Positions 31,568-42,128 of a stretch of 64,000 bases of DNA are shown piece by piece. Source of the stretch: an uncultured bacterium (GTDB lineage: Bacteria; Verrucomicrobiota; Verrucomicrobiia; Limisphaerales; UBA8199); contig CAVVMW010000004.1 in the NCBI GenBank assembly GCA_963749495.1, positions 224,001-288,000 on the forward strand, read 5' to 3'. The position numbers were made by a program, and so were the translations under genes. Every line of letters begins with the position of its first letter. Positions within the stretch are counted from its first letter, which is position 1. Below the pieces are notes generated by a model that saw only the letters and a program-made list of their open reading frames with translations, ran no database searches and was not told the DNA's origin.

Positions 31568-31749
31568 CAAACCTGCTGTATCGCGGGTTTCCAAACCCGC
31601 AGGCCATCCGCAAACCGGGGGCGCTCGACATGCCGACGCCCTGCCGATTTGGAAATCGGCGATACGGCAGGTTTGGAAACCTGCGCTACAACTTTGTCAA
31701 CGGCCCTCTGTCGAACCGGCCAAGTCTCGACAAAGGCGGAAACGAGTGC

Positions 31750-32256
31750 TCAGCGCCGCGGGCTTTGGGCCGGCAGCGGGAGGGTCTCGCCGGTGGCGTT
31801 GGAGGTCGAGTGATAGGTGCCCGGCTGGAGACCGCTGAGGGGATCGGTGGTCTGATAATGGCGCCAGGCGAAGAAGCCTGCCAGCAGCGCCCCCGCCAGG
31901 ATCAAGACTCCCAAGGCCAGCAGGCCGCGGCGCCAATCCACTTTCGAGAGTTGGAGCATGAAGGAGTCCAGCATCCCGCGCGGCTCGTTCGAGAGTGCCG
32001 GCGGTTCGGCGAACTTGGCCGTCTGGCGCAGTTCCTTGTCGAGGTCGGCCATGACCTGCGGCACGTCCAGCTTGAGCAGCGTCGCGCAGGAGCGCACGAA
32101 GCCCCGGATATAGACCGGCGCGGAGAAAATGTCGAAATTGCCTTCCTCCAGGGCGTGCAGATGGTCGGTGCGGATCTTAGTGATCTCCGCCACCTGCTGG
32201 ATGGTGAGACGCCGGGCCTCCCGGCCGTCCCGAAGTTGCTGGGCCACCGTGGACAT
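31750..32256 (-). CDS. RodZ-like HTH membrane protein
   Basis: QLR..RE...TKIR..HL.ALEEG.F.....VYIRGFVRS.A..L.LD followed by a TM helix. Confidence 0.85.
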   Translation of the reverse strand: MSTVAQQLRDGREARRLTIQQVAEITKIRTDHLHALEEGNFDIFSAPVYIRGFVRSCATLLKLDVPQVMADLDKELRQTAKFAEPPALSNEPRGMLDSFMLQLSKVDWRRGLLALGVLILAGALLAGFFAWRHYQTTDPLSGLQPGTYHSTSNATGETLPLPAQSPRR

Positions 32257-32403
32257 GACCTGTGGAGTTTAAGGGGAGGTCAGGTCTGTTGGCAATCCCG
32301 TTCCGAGATGGCAGGCAGATGAATGGCTGAGGTCAACTGAGTTGGTCCGGCGGCTGAGAAACCTGCGCTTGTTTTCCCAAGCGGCGGGAGTTACTTTGGC
32401 GCC

Positions 32404-32844
32404 ATGAGCATGACGGGCGCCGCTTCTCAATGGAACGCTGTGGACTTCATGGTGGATTTCCACACACGCGAGAAACGGCTTGGGCTGCTGACGGAAACAT
32501 TGGGCTGGGTTGCGTCCCTCGCGCTGTTCCGGGAAGCCGAAAGGCGCACCCATTATCTCAATCCGCCCACCAGGAAGGACCGGCGGCGCCACAAGACCGT
32601 GCTGGCCGCCCTCATCGCCCAAGGGGAGCGCCTGCTCCAGCGCGCTCAGGAGGCGGGCGGACTCCCCGAAAATCTGGACGGCATCAAAACCTCCGATCTC
32701 GATGCCATGGTCGAGGAACTCCGCACCACCCAACTCCAGTGGGAGGGTGACATGACTCCGCAACGACGCGCACAAATCCTCAAGGAGTTTGAAAAGCCTC
32801 AGCCCAACTCGACCGCTGCAGCGGTTTGCGCGGCCAGGAAATAG
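32404..32844 (+). CDS. Hypothetical protein
   Basis: Coding-like helical ORF filling the gap between rodZ-like gene and addA; 3' end overlaps addA by 46 bp. Confidence 0.55.
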   Translation: MSMTGAASQWNAVDFMVDFHTREKRLGLLTETLGWVASLALFREAERRTHYLNPPTRKDRRRHKTVLAALIAQGERLLQRAQEAGGLPENLDGIKTSDLDAMVEELRTTQLQWEGDMTPQRRAQILKEFEKPQPNSTAAAVCAARK

Positions 32845-35800
32845 AGCCAGGCGGCCGATACGGGACGGTGGTAGATTTGCGACAAGGCGCGCGCGTAGAG
32901 CCTGAGCTGGGCCCGATAGAGCCTCACCCGCTCGGCGAGCTCGCCGCGGCCGGCCGCGTCGGTCTTGAAATCCACCAGCCATATCTCGCCCGGCAGCACC
33001 ACGGCCAGGTCGGCCACGCCCTGCACGACGACGAATTCGTCGTCGAGCCCCGGCTCCAGGGGTTCGCCGGTGAGAGCGGCGATTTCTCCGGGCGAAAGGC
33101 GGGCGGTGAAGGCCAGTTCGCGCTGAACGAATTCCGCCTGGGCGCGGACGTTGCGGCCGAGGTCCGATTGCCAAAAGGCCGCCAGGGCCTTGAAGTCGAG
33201 CAGGCCGGCGGATTCAGGCGTCAACAGGCCGGTTTCCTGCAGGCGGCGCGCCTCCCGTTCGAGGTCTTCGGCGCTGCCAGCCCGCTCGAGGGACACGCGT
33301 TGGAGGAAGGCATGGTGGGCGTTGCCCACGTCGGCGGCGGTGGCGCTGGCCCGGCCGGTCCGCTTGCGGGCAACCCGGACCTGGCGCCCCGCCGGTGACC
33401 CACGGTCTGCCGGCCGCGATTCGTCGGGGGCCAATCCGAGGCGCGGCGTTCCCCCAAACGGGACTGCCTCCTGGTCTCTGGCCTCGGCGGCGCGGCGGAG
33501 CGTCGTCACCGAGGTCTTGGCCGGCCTGCGGGTGGCGGCCAGGAAGGGATAGGCCCAAAGGAGGCGTTGTTGGAGCTTGTCCCACGTGTCCGCGTCGGCG
33601 GCGGCCGGGGCCTGGGCTGTATCGGGCGTGGCTGCGGCGGGCTCCAGCAGGCTGGAGTTGTCGTGGATGACCCAGCGGATCAAGGCGTTTTCTCCTCGCC
33701 TGGCCTCCGGGCTGGCCGGGCCTCGGTTTTGGCCAAACCACCGACACAGCCAGTCTGCGTAGCAACCAGCGGAGGCGAGGGTTGGCAGATCGAGGTCCGT
33801 GGGCGGCTCCTGGAGGAGTCTGAATTTGCCCTCCGGGATGGAGCCGCTCAGGATGAGCGTGTCCCGCGCGCGGGTCATGGCCACGTAGAGCAGGCGCAGT
33901 TCCTCGCCCAGCATTTCGTGATGCTGGCGGCCCCGCGCCAGCCAATAGGGCAGGCTGGGGTAGCGTTTGCAGGTGTTCGGCGCCTTGATGCGGGGGCACA
34001 GCCCGTAGGCCTCGTCCAGGATGACCTCCGCGCGCAGGTCCGAGACGTTGAACGGCTTGCCCAGGTCGGCCACGACCACCACCGGAAACTCGAGGCCCTT
34101 GCTCTGGTGGATGCTCATGAGCCGCACGCAATTCTCCTGGTTCACCGCCGCCACCTCGGGCTCGGTCTCCGCCAGTTGCTGCGCCTCGATGAAGCGCAGG
34201 AATCGGAACAGGCCCTGGCGCTGGAATTGGTCGAACTGGACCGCGAGGCTGAGCAGGCGCTGGACATTGGCGTGGCGCTGCTCCCCGCGCCGCTGTGTCA
34301 GGAGCCACTCGGCGTAATGCGTCTCGGTGAGGATGGCCTCCAGGCAGCGGCCCAGCGAGGCCTGGCGGGCCAGCCGCCGCCAGTGCGCATAGCGCTCCAG
34401 GAAGCGCGAGACCTTGTGAAAGGTCCCGTCGCTCAACGAGAACTCGAGCTGGGCCGAGCCTGTTTCCAGCGCCGAGGGTCGAACATCGAGGGTCGAGGGA
34501 CGAGGGGCGAGGGTGGAGGAGCGGGGTCCATTGTCCTCGACCCTCGGCCCTCGGCCCTCCGGCGCCTGGCCGCCTGTGGACCGGCGCCTGACACTTTGCG
34601 CCTCGTGCCATAACACCAGGGCAGTCCAGAAGGGGCCTTTGACCGCCAGGCGGATGGTGGCCAATTCGTCGAGCGTCAGGCCCACCAGTGGGGAGTGGAG
34701 CACCGCCAGCAGGGGCAGGTCCTGCAACGGGTTATCCAGCAGTTGGAGCAGGCTCAACAGGTCGGAGACCTCGGTGCTCTCATAGAATCCGCCCCGGGCC
34801 ACCTGGAGCGGGACATTCAGGCGGGCGAATTGCTTGGCGTAACTCTCGGACTTGCTGGCCGGAGAGCGCAGCAGCACCGCTATATCGCTCCAGGCCACAG
34901 GCCGGAAGGCGCGGCTGGCCTCGTCCCAGACCGGGTGCCGGGAGGCCTGCAGTTGGCGCACGCGCAGGGCGACCAGGCGCGCCTCTTTCTCGGCCTCCTC
35001 CATGTCGCGCACCAGGGCCAGGGCCTCGCCGGCCTCCTCGTCGAGGCCGTCGTCCTCGGGGTTGGGGCCGCCCTTGACGCGCAGGTGCAGCTCCACGCAG
35101 GGGGCCGGGTCGGCGGCGGCGCTCAAGGCACGGCGTTCCTCGGTCGCCCCGAAGCGCAACCAGGCCCGCTCGTCGTAGTCCACACCGCCCAGTTCCCGCC
35201 GCATCAGCAAAGCAAAGAATGAATTGATGAAGCCCAGCAGACTCTCGCGGCTGCGGAAGTTCTCGACCAGTGGGATGGCCCGTCCCTGGGCACCGTGCCA
35301 GGTCTGGATGTAGCCCTGGAAGATGTGCGGGTTGGCGAGCCGAAAGCGGTAGATGCTCTGCTTGACGTCGCCCACCAGGAAGCGGTTGGCCTGGGCGCCC
35401 TCGCGGCTGAGCGCCTCGATGATCTTGTCCTGGGCGGCGTTGATGTCCTGGTATTCGTCCACAAAGACGTAGCGGAGTTGCTGGCGCCATTGGCGGGCGA
35501 TGCGTGTGGGCTGGCGGGTCTGCGGGTCCCAGAGCAACCGGAGGGCGTATTGTTCGAGGTCGTGGAAATCCACCATCCCCAATTCCCGCTTGGCCTGGGT
35601 GAAGGCGGCGGTGAATTCGCGGGCCAATTCGAGCAAGGTGATCATCTGGGAACGGACCGACTCCAATCTTCGGCCAGCGGATCGGCGCCCGCATCGGTCC
35701 GGGCCAGCGAAAGCAGGAACCGGGCTTCGGCCAGGAACTCCTTGAGCGGCTTGAGCCACTGGGTCTTGTGGCCTCGAGGGCATTCCCGCCCGGCGGCGCA

Positions 35801-36583
35801 GATGGTGTCCAGGACCGCGGCGGCCTCGGCGCGGGAGGGGTTGGCCTTGAGTTGGCGGAAGGCGGCGAGGCAGCCGGCGGCAACGTCATTTTCCTGGGCC
35901 TGGCGCTCGAGCAAGGGCCGCCAGCGTTCGCGGCTTTGGGCCAGCGCGTCCAGGAGCCATTGCTGCCATGTGGCCGGTTCGGTCGAGGCGAACAGGGCTA
36001 TCTGGCCGGCGAGCCACCCAGCCGGGTCGGGCAGCGTTTGGGTGTAGTGGTGCAGGCGCAGGACCAGGCTGCGGATGGGTTTGTCCCAGCCGCCGCCGTG
36101 GGCCTGGATGAGTTGCTGCACGGCGCCCGCTGCGCTGGTGTGGCCGGCATAATGCTCCTGCAGGAGCTTGTCCAGGGTCTCCTCCGCCAGCAACCGCGCC
36201 TCTTCCTCCGGCAGGACGGCAAGCTGCGGGTCGAGCTCCAGTTCGTAAAAGTGCTGGCGGATGAGCTGGAGGCAGAAGCTGTGGAGCGTCCCCAGGCGGG
36301 CCGTCTCGAACAGGGCCAGTTGCTCCTGCCAATGCGGGTTGTCTCGATCCCGCTGGAGTTCCTCCTCCAGCCGGGCGCGGATGCGCTGCCGCATCTCAGC
36401 CGCTGCCGCCTCCGTGAAGGTCACCATCAGGATTTGCTCCAGCGACACCGGCGGTTGCTCGGACACCAGGCAGCTCAGGCACCGCTCGACCAGCGTGCGC
36501 GTCTTGCCTGTGCCCGCGCCGGCCACGACCAGGACGTTGCCTCGCGCAGCAATGGCCGTCTGTTGGGCGGAGGTGAAACTCAT
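32799..36583 (-). CDS. addA: Helicase-exonuclease AddAB subunit AddA (frameshift near 35660)
   Basis: AGAGTGKT, TFTEAAA.EM, TLHSFC, VDEYQD, VGDVKQSIYRFR, SIHQSKGLEFP, LYVAMTRA, nuclease QGVADL...VDFKTD. Confidence 0.93.
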
Positions 36584-36667
36584 TCGCGCGAAGACAAGGT
36601 GGGACAGCCAGCGCGGAGGTGCAACGACTATTTAGAGGCGGTCCCAAAAACCCCGCGAGTAGGGCAC

Positions 36668-36747
36668 CTTTGTCGCAGCCTTTGTCGAAACCTTTGTCGG
36701 ATTGGCGATTTCTCGACAAAGGTGCCGACAAAGGCTGCGACAAAGGT
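36668..36747. repeat. 12-bp-periodic REP (ctttgtcg x3 / cgacaaagg x3)
   Basis: Directly visible downstream of the tRNA. Confidence 0.8.
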
Positions 36748-36793
36748 CCGGGATCGGAGCTTTTGGGGCAGGCCCTATTTCCAGGGGCCAGTA

Positions 36794-36882
36794 TGGCGGA
36801 GAGAGGGAGATTCGAACTCCCGGTGCGTTTTAGGCACTCACGCTCTCCAGGCGTGCGCATTAAACCACTCTGCCATCTCTCC
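36794..36882 (-). tRNA. tRNA-Ser (GGA)
   Basis: GGAGAGA acceptor stem, anticodon arm CACGC-CTGGAGA-GCGTG, long variable arm, GTTCGAATC, encoded CCA. Confidence 0.97.
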
Positions 36883-37091
36883 GCCAGGTGCCCCCCACTC
36901 TGGAGAAGCGCCTCAACCTACGCAATATTTTTCCGCGCGCAACTGGCCGGGAGCGCCCCAAATCCTCGCCTGACCATTTCTAAGAACCACGGAGCACACG
37001 GAATACACGGAAAGGAAGGGCGTCTTCCGCGCTCGTCTGGGACACCCCCGGAATCGCAGCAAGGATCCCTTCTTGATCCTGCCTTTCGCGG

Positions 37092-39811
37092 TCAGGGTGT
37101 GGCCAACCTGTAAAAGCGCGCCGGGGCGGCAATGGGCGGGGTGTCTGCAATCAGCATGGTTTGGGCGCTGGCTTGCGCGGGCAGGTTCGTCAAGGTCGTC
37201 CAACAGCCTTGGGTTAACGAGTCCGAGTATTCCACGCGATAGGCCAGGCCCGCCAGGGCGCAGAACTGCAATTCCACTCCGCCGGGCTGGAGTTGGATGG
37301 AAGCGATCGCGAGGTCCGGCGGCGATCCGGCGGGCCGGCCACGAAGGCGGTTTCGACCGAGGCGAGGGACGGATGGCCGTTGGTGTCGAAATAAGTGCAC
37401 CGCCAGAAACAGGTGGCGCCCAGGGTGAGCGAGGCAAAAGGGATCGGGAGAGTCGTCAGGTTGGTTGCGCTGTTCAGCTTGAAGACGGGGGCCAAGTAAG
37501 TGCCATTGGCGGCCCGTATTTCCCAGGTCGTGGTGGCCTGCGCCGGCGGCGGGCTGGCGGTGTGGCTGTAGGGAGAGGCCACGAGGTTGGCCGGCCACGC
37601 TGCGGTGTCGCCGTAGCTCGGCCAGCGGTTGACGGGCTGGGTTGGGCGCGTGAAAACGCCCAGGCCGCATTGCTGATTGACGGAGGTGAGCCGCGCGCTG
37701 GCGTAGGAGCTATAGGTTGGATAGCCGAGCGCGCTGATGTTCCCGGGGAGCAGGAGCGTGTTGTTGAGCAGAAAAACGCGCTCCTTCAACTCCGCGCGGA
37801 AGGCCTTGATGAAGCTGTCCTTGAAATAGTTCGGGCCCCGGTAATTATTGCTGCGATCGCCCACTTCTCCCGCAAAGATCGAGACCGTCGAATCGCCGAA
37901 CATCGCGTCCATGTCCCAAGGCAACAGGCTCCAGTTGCCGTTGACCTGCTGCCACAGGAAGTAATTCTGCGTGGTGTCGTCCCACGGCGTCATCCAGTTG
38001 AGGACCGCCAGGTAGGTCAACATCTTATCCACGTCGAAATGGGCAAGGAAAAACGACCGGAGGGCTGGCACGTTCGGGTTGGGCTTCGCCAGGGTGTCGC
38101 CCCGGGCGGCCCAGATGCCTTCGAGCATGTCGCGGAAAAAAGTCCAGCCCTTCCAATCGTGATCCTGGATGGGGTAGGTCCATTGGTCGCGCTGGAGCGT
38201 GGTCCAGTACGGCGGCTTGGGCGGCAGCACCGAGCCGTCACCTACGCCGTAGGGCCCTTCGCCATTGGATTCGATGGTGCCCATGCTCTTGTAAAGTTCA
38301 CCCGGCTGCTCCAGCGGTTGGCCGGGGTTGAGCAGTTGCTGCTCGAGGTGGTAACGCTCCAACAGGTGCTGGTTGTAATCCTCGATTTGCAGGCGGCTGA
38401 TCCCACTGTTGTTGTTGAGGTACAGATCCACGTGGGTCGTGACTGGCGCCGGCAAACCGGCCGCGCGGAACAGCGCATAGGCGGCCTCGTTATCCGGGCC
38501 TTTGTCGGTCACCATGAGCGTGCTCTGATTGTTCAGCGGGTTATAGCGCGGCAAAAAGATCTTGAAGGATTGGCTGCCGGCACCGCGATTATAGCGACTG
38601 CCGTGGTAGCGGACCTGGACGTCGCGGACCACCCCGTCGCACACGAAGACGGCCGGCTCGGTCGCGTCCCAGGAGGCCCGAGGATAGCCGGGAGGATCGG
38701 GCGAGGTCACGCGCCTGGGTGCCTGGCTGATGTTGGCCGCCAGTCGGTTCAAACTGGCGGTCGAGATGAACAGGTCATAGCTTGGCCGATTCGCCGAACG
38801 CACCGGCGACACGAACCAGCCGTGCCAGGCGAAGGGATCATCAGCGCGAGGGGAAGCCACTGCCGCCGGGCCGGCCCGCTCGGCCCAGATGCGGTAGCGG
38901 ACCAGCGTGCGGGCGGGAAAGCCCGGCACTGTGACCTGGAACGTGGCCTGGCCGGGAGCGCCAACCGGCTGCATCACGACGTTCGTGGTGGTCAGGTTCG
39001 TGGCATTCAGGTTTTGAAGGAAGTACTCGAGCTGAACCGAACCCAGCTCATTCGTCGCCGAGAAGACCGCCGCCACCTGCACGGCCTGGTTGGGCCGGAT
39101 CATCGGTTGCCCGTCGCCGGCTTGGGACACGCTGAGCTGAACCACCACCGGCAAAGGCGGATCGCGGTGAACGGCGTTGGGCTGGCCGGGGCTGGGTTCA
39201 CCCGGCAAGGGCGAGGCGAGCCAATTCGCCGGGTCGTCCCCGGAAGCGGTAAAACTGACGCGCTCAAGCGAGCGGCCGCGGTACTGGTAGTTGGTTTCGG
39301 GCACGCCCGTCCACCGCTGGCCCACCCCCAAGGCGTTTGCGCTGATTGGCCAGGGAAAAGCGGACGAATAGGTTACCGAATCGACCTTTTCATCCAAGGC
39401 GTTGCGCAGGTTGAGGGTTTCTCCCTGGTTGCTGAGCTGCCCGCTGTAAGGGCCATAGAGCGTGGCTTGCATCAGCCCGTAGGCGCTCACCGCCGCCAAG
39501 CGCGCCGGGTCCCGCGCCACCACCAGGAATTCCCCGGGCCCGATGCTGGCGCCCGTCGGAAAGGTGTAGTGAATGGCGCTCGTCAGCCGCCAACCGCTCA
39601 AATCCACTCGGTTGGAACCGAAGTTGTGCAGTTCCACGTACTCGTGGACCTCCTCGGTCAGGTCCATCACCGGAGTTCCGTCCGGGTTGAAGGCCGGCGC
39701 TTCCACCGGCGCGTACATGATCTCGCTGATCACCACCGGTTCTTGCGCCGTTACCGCCAGCGCCAGGCCTGAAGCGCCAAGCACCGCGAGGAATTTGATG
39801 GTCGTTTGCAT
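37092..39811 (-). CDS. Secreted lamin-tail-domain / CotH kinase family protein (frameshift near 37335)
   Basis: Signal peptide, VVISEIMY...EYVELHN (LTD), NYFLW...LLPWDMD (CotH), terminal RFYRL motif in the shifted frame. Confidence 0.85.
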
Positions 39812-40080
39812 TTTCCAGAGTCAGGCCAGGACCTCCTCCAGCCCAAGGGAGGCCGCGTGAGGGAAGTCCAATGAGGGGTTGCGCCCGTTCATGGGAGGGA
39901 GTATGAAGGCGCGCCGATTCGCGTCAAGGCGCAAATCGCGTGCTGGCGTCAAGACGACCAGGGGAAGAGGCGCTTGGAGAAGCCTCTCAAATTCGTCCCT
40001 ATGGGAAGGATAAACTGGAAATTACGTTGTCAGCGGGGTTTTTTTGAGACACTATTGGGGTCAACCGAAGCTGAATATCT

Positions 40081-40857
40081 ATGGCCAAGTTTTCACGGTC
40101 TGGAGCGAGGTCACGGGCCGTTTGGCGGTTGGGCGGGGACCCATTGCGGGAGCGGCGGCGCCGGGGCGCCTTTACCTTGATCGAGCTGTTGGTCGTCATC
40201 GCCATTATCGCGATTCTGGCGGCGCTGCTGTTGCCGGCGCTGAGCGTATCGAAGGAGAAGGCCCGCCGCAGCGGCTGTCGGAGCGCGCTGAGGCAGCTTG
40301 GGATGGCGGTGCAAATGTACGCGCACGATAATAGCGATCGAGTGCCGCAAGGCTATCGTGACAACGGCGAGTCACACACCATCTGGATCAGCACCAATAC
40401 CTTCAACGCCATCAAGCAATACAGCTCCACCAACATGAGCTCCTGCCCGAGTCTGGAGGGCAAGTTCCAGTATTATGAGGCCGGCATCGGCTGGGTGATC
40501 GGCTACAGCTACAATGGCGGGCACAAGAAGCCCTGGTCCGGCGAACCGGCGCCCCAGTGGACGTCGCCCCAAAGGCTGACCGACAACGCCCTGCTGGTGC
40601 TCGCTTGTGATTTGAATGCCTGGGCCGAGCCTTCCACCGGTTACGGCTGGGTGATTGCGCCGCATTGCCGCGGCGGGGCCGCGCAGCAAGGAGGCGATCC
40701 TTTCATCGGCGGGGTCACCAGACTCACGAGGCCGCGCGACGTCGGCGCCCAGGGCGGCAATGTGCTGCTCATTTCAGGCTCCGTCCATTGGAAGAACGTC
40801 CGGTCCATGACGAACTACTGGGCTTGCCAATACGGCGGGTACTGGAACATGTGGTGA
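40081..40857 (+). CDS. Prepilin-type N-terminal cleavage/methylation domain protein (DUF1559-like)
   Basis: [27 protein letters not shown]-terminal PH...[11 protein letters not shown]. Confidence 0.9.
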   Translation: MAKFSRSGARSRAVWRLGGDPLRERRRRGAFTLIELLVVIAIIAILAALLLPALSVSKEKARRSGCRSALRQLGMAVQMYAHDNSDRVPQGYRDNGESHTIWISTNTFNAIKQYSSTNMSSCPSLEGKFQYYEAGIGWVIGYSYNGGHKKPWSGEPAPQWTSPQRLTDNALLVLACDLNAWAEPSTGYGWVIAPHCRGGAAQQGGDPFIGGVTRLTRPRDVGAQGGNVLLISGSVHWKNVRSMTNYWACQYGGYWNMW

Positions 40858-40889
40858 GATCCGCCTGCCATTCCCCCCTGACCTCCGCA

Positions 40890-42101
40890 TCAATGAGCCG
40901 CACCAACAAGGTTGCTTAACTTGAAGATAGGCAGAAACACGCACAGGACGATTCCGCCGACCACCACTCCCAGGAAGACAACGAGGATCGGCTCAATCAT
41001 CGAGGTCAGGCCGGAAAGCATGGTTTCGGTTTCCTCATCCAAATAGTCCGCGACGCGCTCCGTCATGGTGTCAAGCCTGCCGGTTTGCTCGCCGGCAGAC
41101 ATCATGCGAATGATCATGTCGGGGAAGATGGGGTGCTTGGCCAGGGAGTCCGAGATGCCCTCCCCGAGTTGGAGGTCCTGCGCGGCGGCATTGATGGCCT
41201 TTTCCATGACGACGTTTCCACAAGCCTTCGATACGGTTTCCATCACGCTGAGGATGGGCACGCCGCTTCGGACGAGCGAGGAGAAGGCGCGGGCAAAACG
41301 GGCCAGGCAGATGCAACGGGCGACATTGCCGAAGATGGGAAGTTTGATGCGCCACCGATCCCAGAACTCGCGGCCGAATCTGGTATTGATGAAGTAAAAC
41401 CAGCCGTAAACCGCCCCGACCATGGCGGGCAGCATCACGATGAGCCATTTGCGCACGACATCGCTGAGCCCGATCAGAAACAGGGTGGGAGCCGGCAGCT
41501 TACCCTTGAAACTGTCGAAGATCTGGGCAAAGACCGGCACGACCTTGGCCAGCAGGAAGATGGTGATGGCAATGGCCACGACGGTGACCACGGCGGGATA
41601 GACCGTTGCGGACTTGATCTTGCGGCGGAGCCGCGCCGTGTTTTCCAGATGGGTGGCAATCGCTGAGAGTGCCTCCGCCAGCAGGCCGCCTTTTTCGCCG
41701 GCGGCCGCCATGCAAACGTAATGCTCGTCAAACGCATTGGGGTTTTTTGCCAGCGCATCGGACAAACTGTCGCCCCTTTCAATGCGCGCGCAGACGTCCT
41801 TGATAGTATTCTGCATCAACTTGTTGCGGGTTTGCTTTTCCAGTCCTTTGAGGCATCCGACGATCGCAAAACCGGCGTCAAACATGGTGGCAAATTGCCG
41901 GGTGAACAGGACCAGGTCCTTCAAGGCCGCCTTCGCGCCCGCAGACCGGCGTTTCTTGCTCAGTTTCCGCTGCATCCAAACCACAAGCTGATCGCGCTTG
42001 AACAGCGCGTCAATGGCGGCCTCCTCCGTGCTGGCCTCAACCGTGTCAAGGAATTCCAGGCCCGTGGTGGCGTCCCGGGCCATATAGTCGAAGGAGGGCA
42101 T
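40890..42101 (-). CDS. pilC: Type II secretion system F / type IV pilus platform protein PilC
   Basis: FTRQFATM..AG, AGEKGG, YP, SGVPI, AGEQTG.LD, IEPIL. Confidence 0.9.
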   Translation of the reverse strand: MPSFDYMARDATTGLEFLDTVEASTEEAAIDALFKRDQLVVWMQRKLSKKRRSAGAKAALKDLVLFTRQFATMFDAGFAIVGCLKGLEKQTRNKLMQNTIKDVCARIERGDSLSDALAKNPNAFDEHYVCMAAAGEKGGLLAEALSAIATHLENTARLRRKIKSATVYPAVVTVVAIAITIFLLAKVVPVFAQIFDSFKGKLPAPTLFLIGLSDVVRKWLIVMLPAMVGAVYGWFYFINTRFGREFWDRWRIKLPIFGNVARCICLARFARAFSSLVRSGVPILSVMETVSKACGNVVMEKAINAAAQDLQLGEGISDSLAKHPIFPDMIIRMMSAGEQTGRLDTMTERVADYLDEETETMLSGLTSMIEPILVVFLGVVVGGIVLCVFLPIFKLSNLVGAAH

Positions 42102-42128
42102 ATTTGTTCGAGGTCTTGTTGTTTGAAC

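Noticed and set aside
36794..36882. tRNA-Ser as an integration site for the signalling island
   Set aside because: The island lies on the tRNA 5' side; no duplicated 3' end or tyrosine integrase is visible in the window.
37073..39772. 899-aa plus-strand ORF
   Set aside because: Antisense shadow of the CotH gene; expected in high-GC coding DNA.
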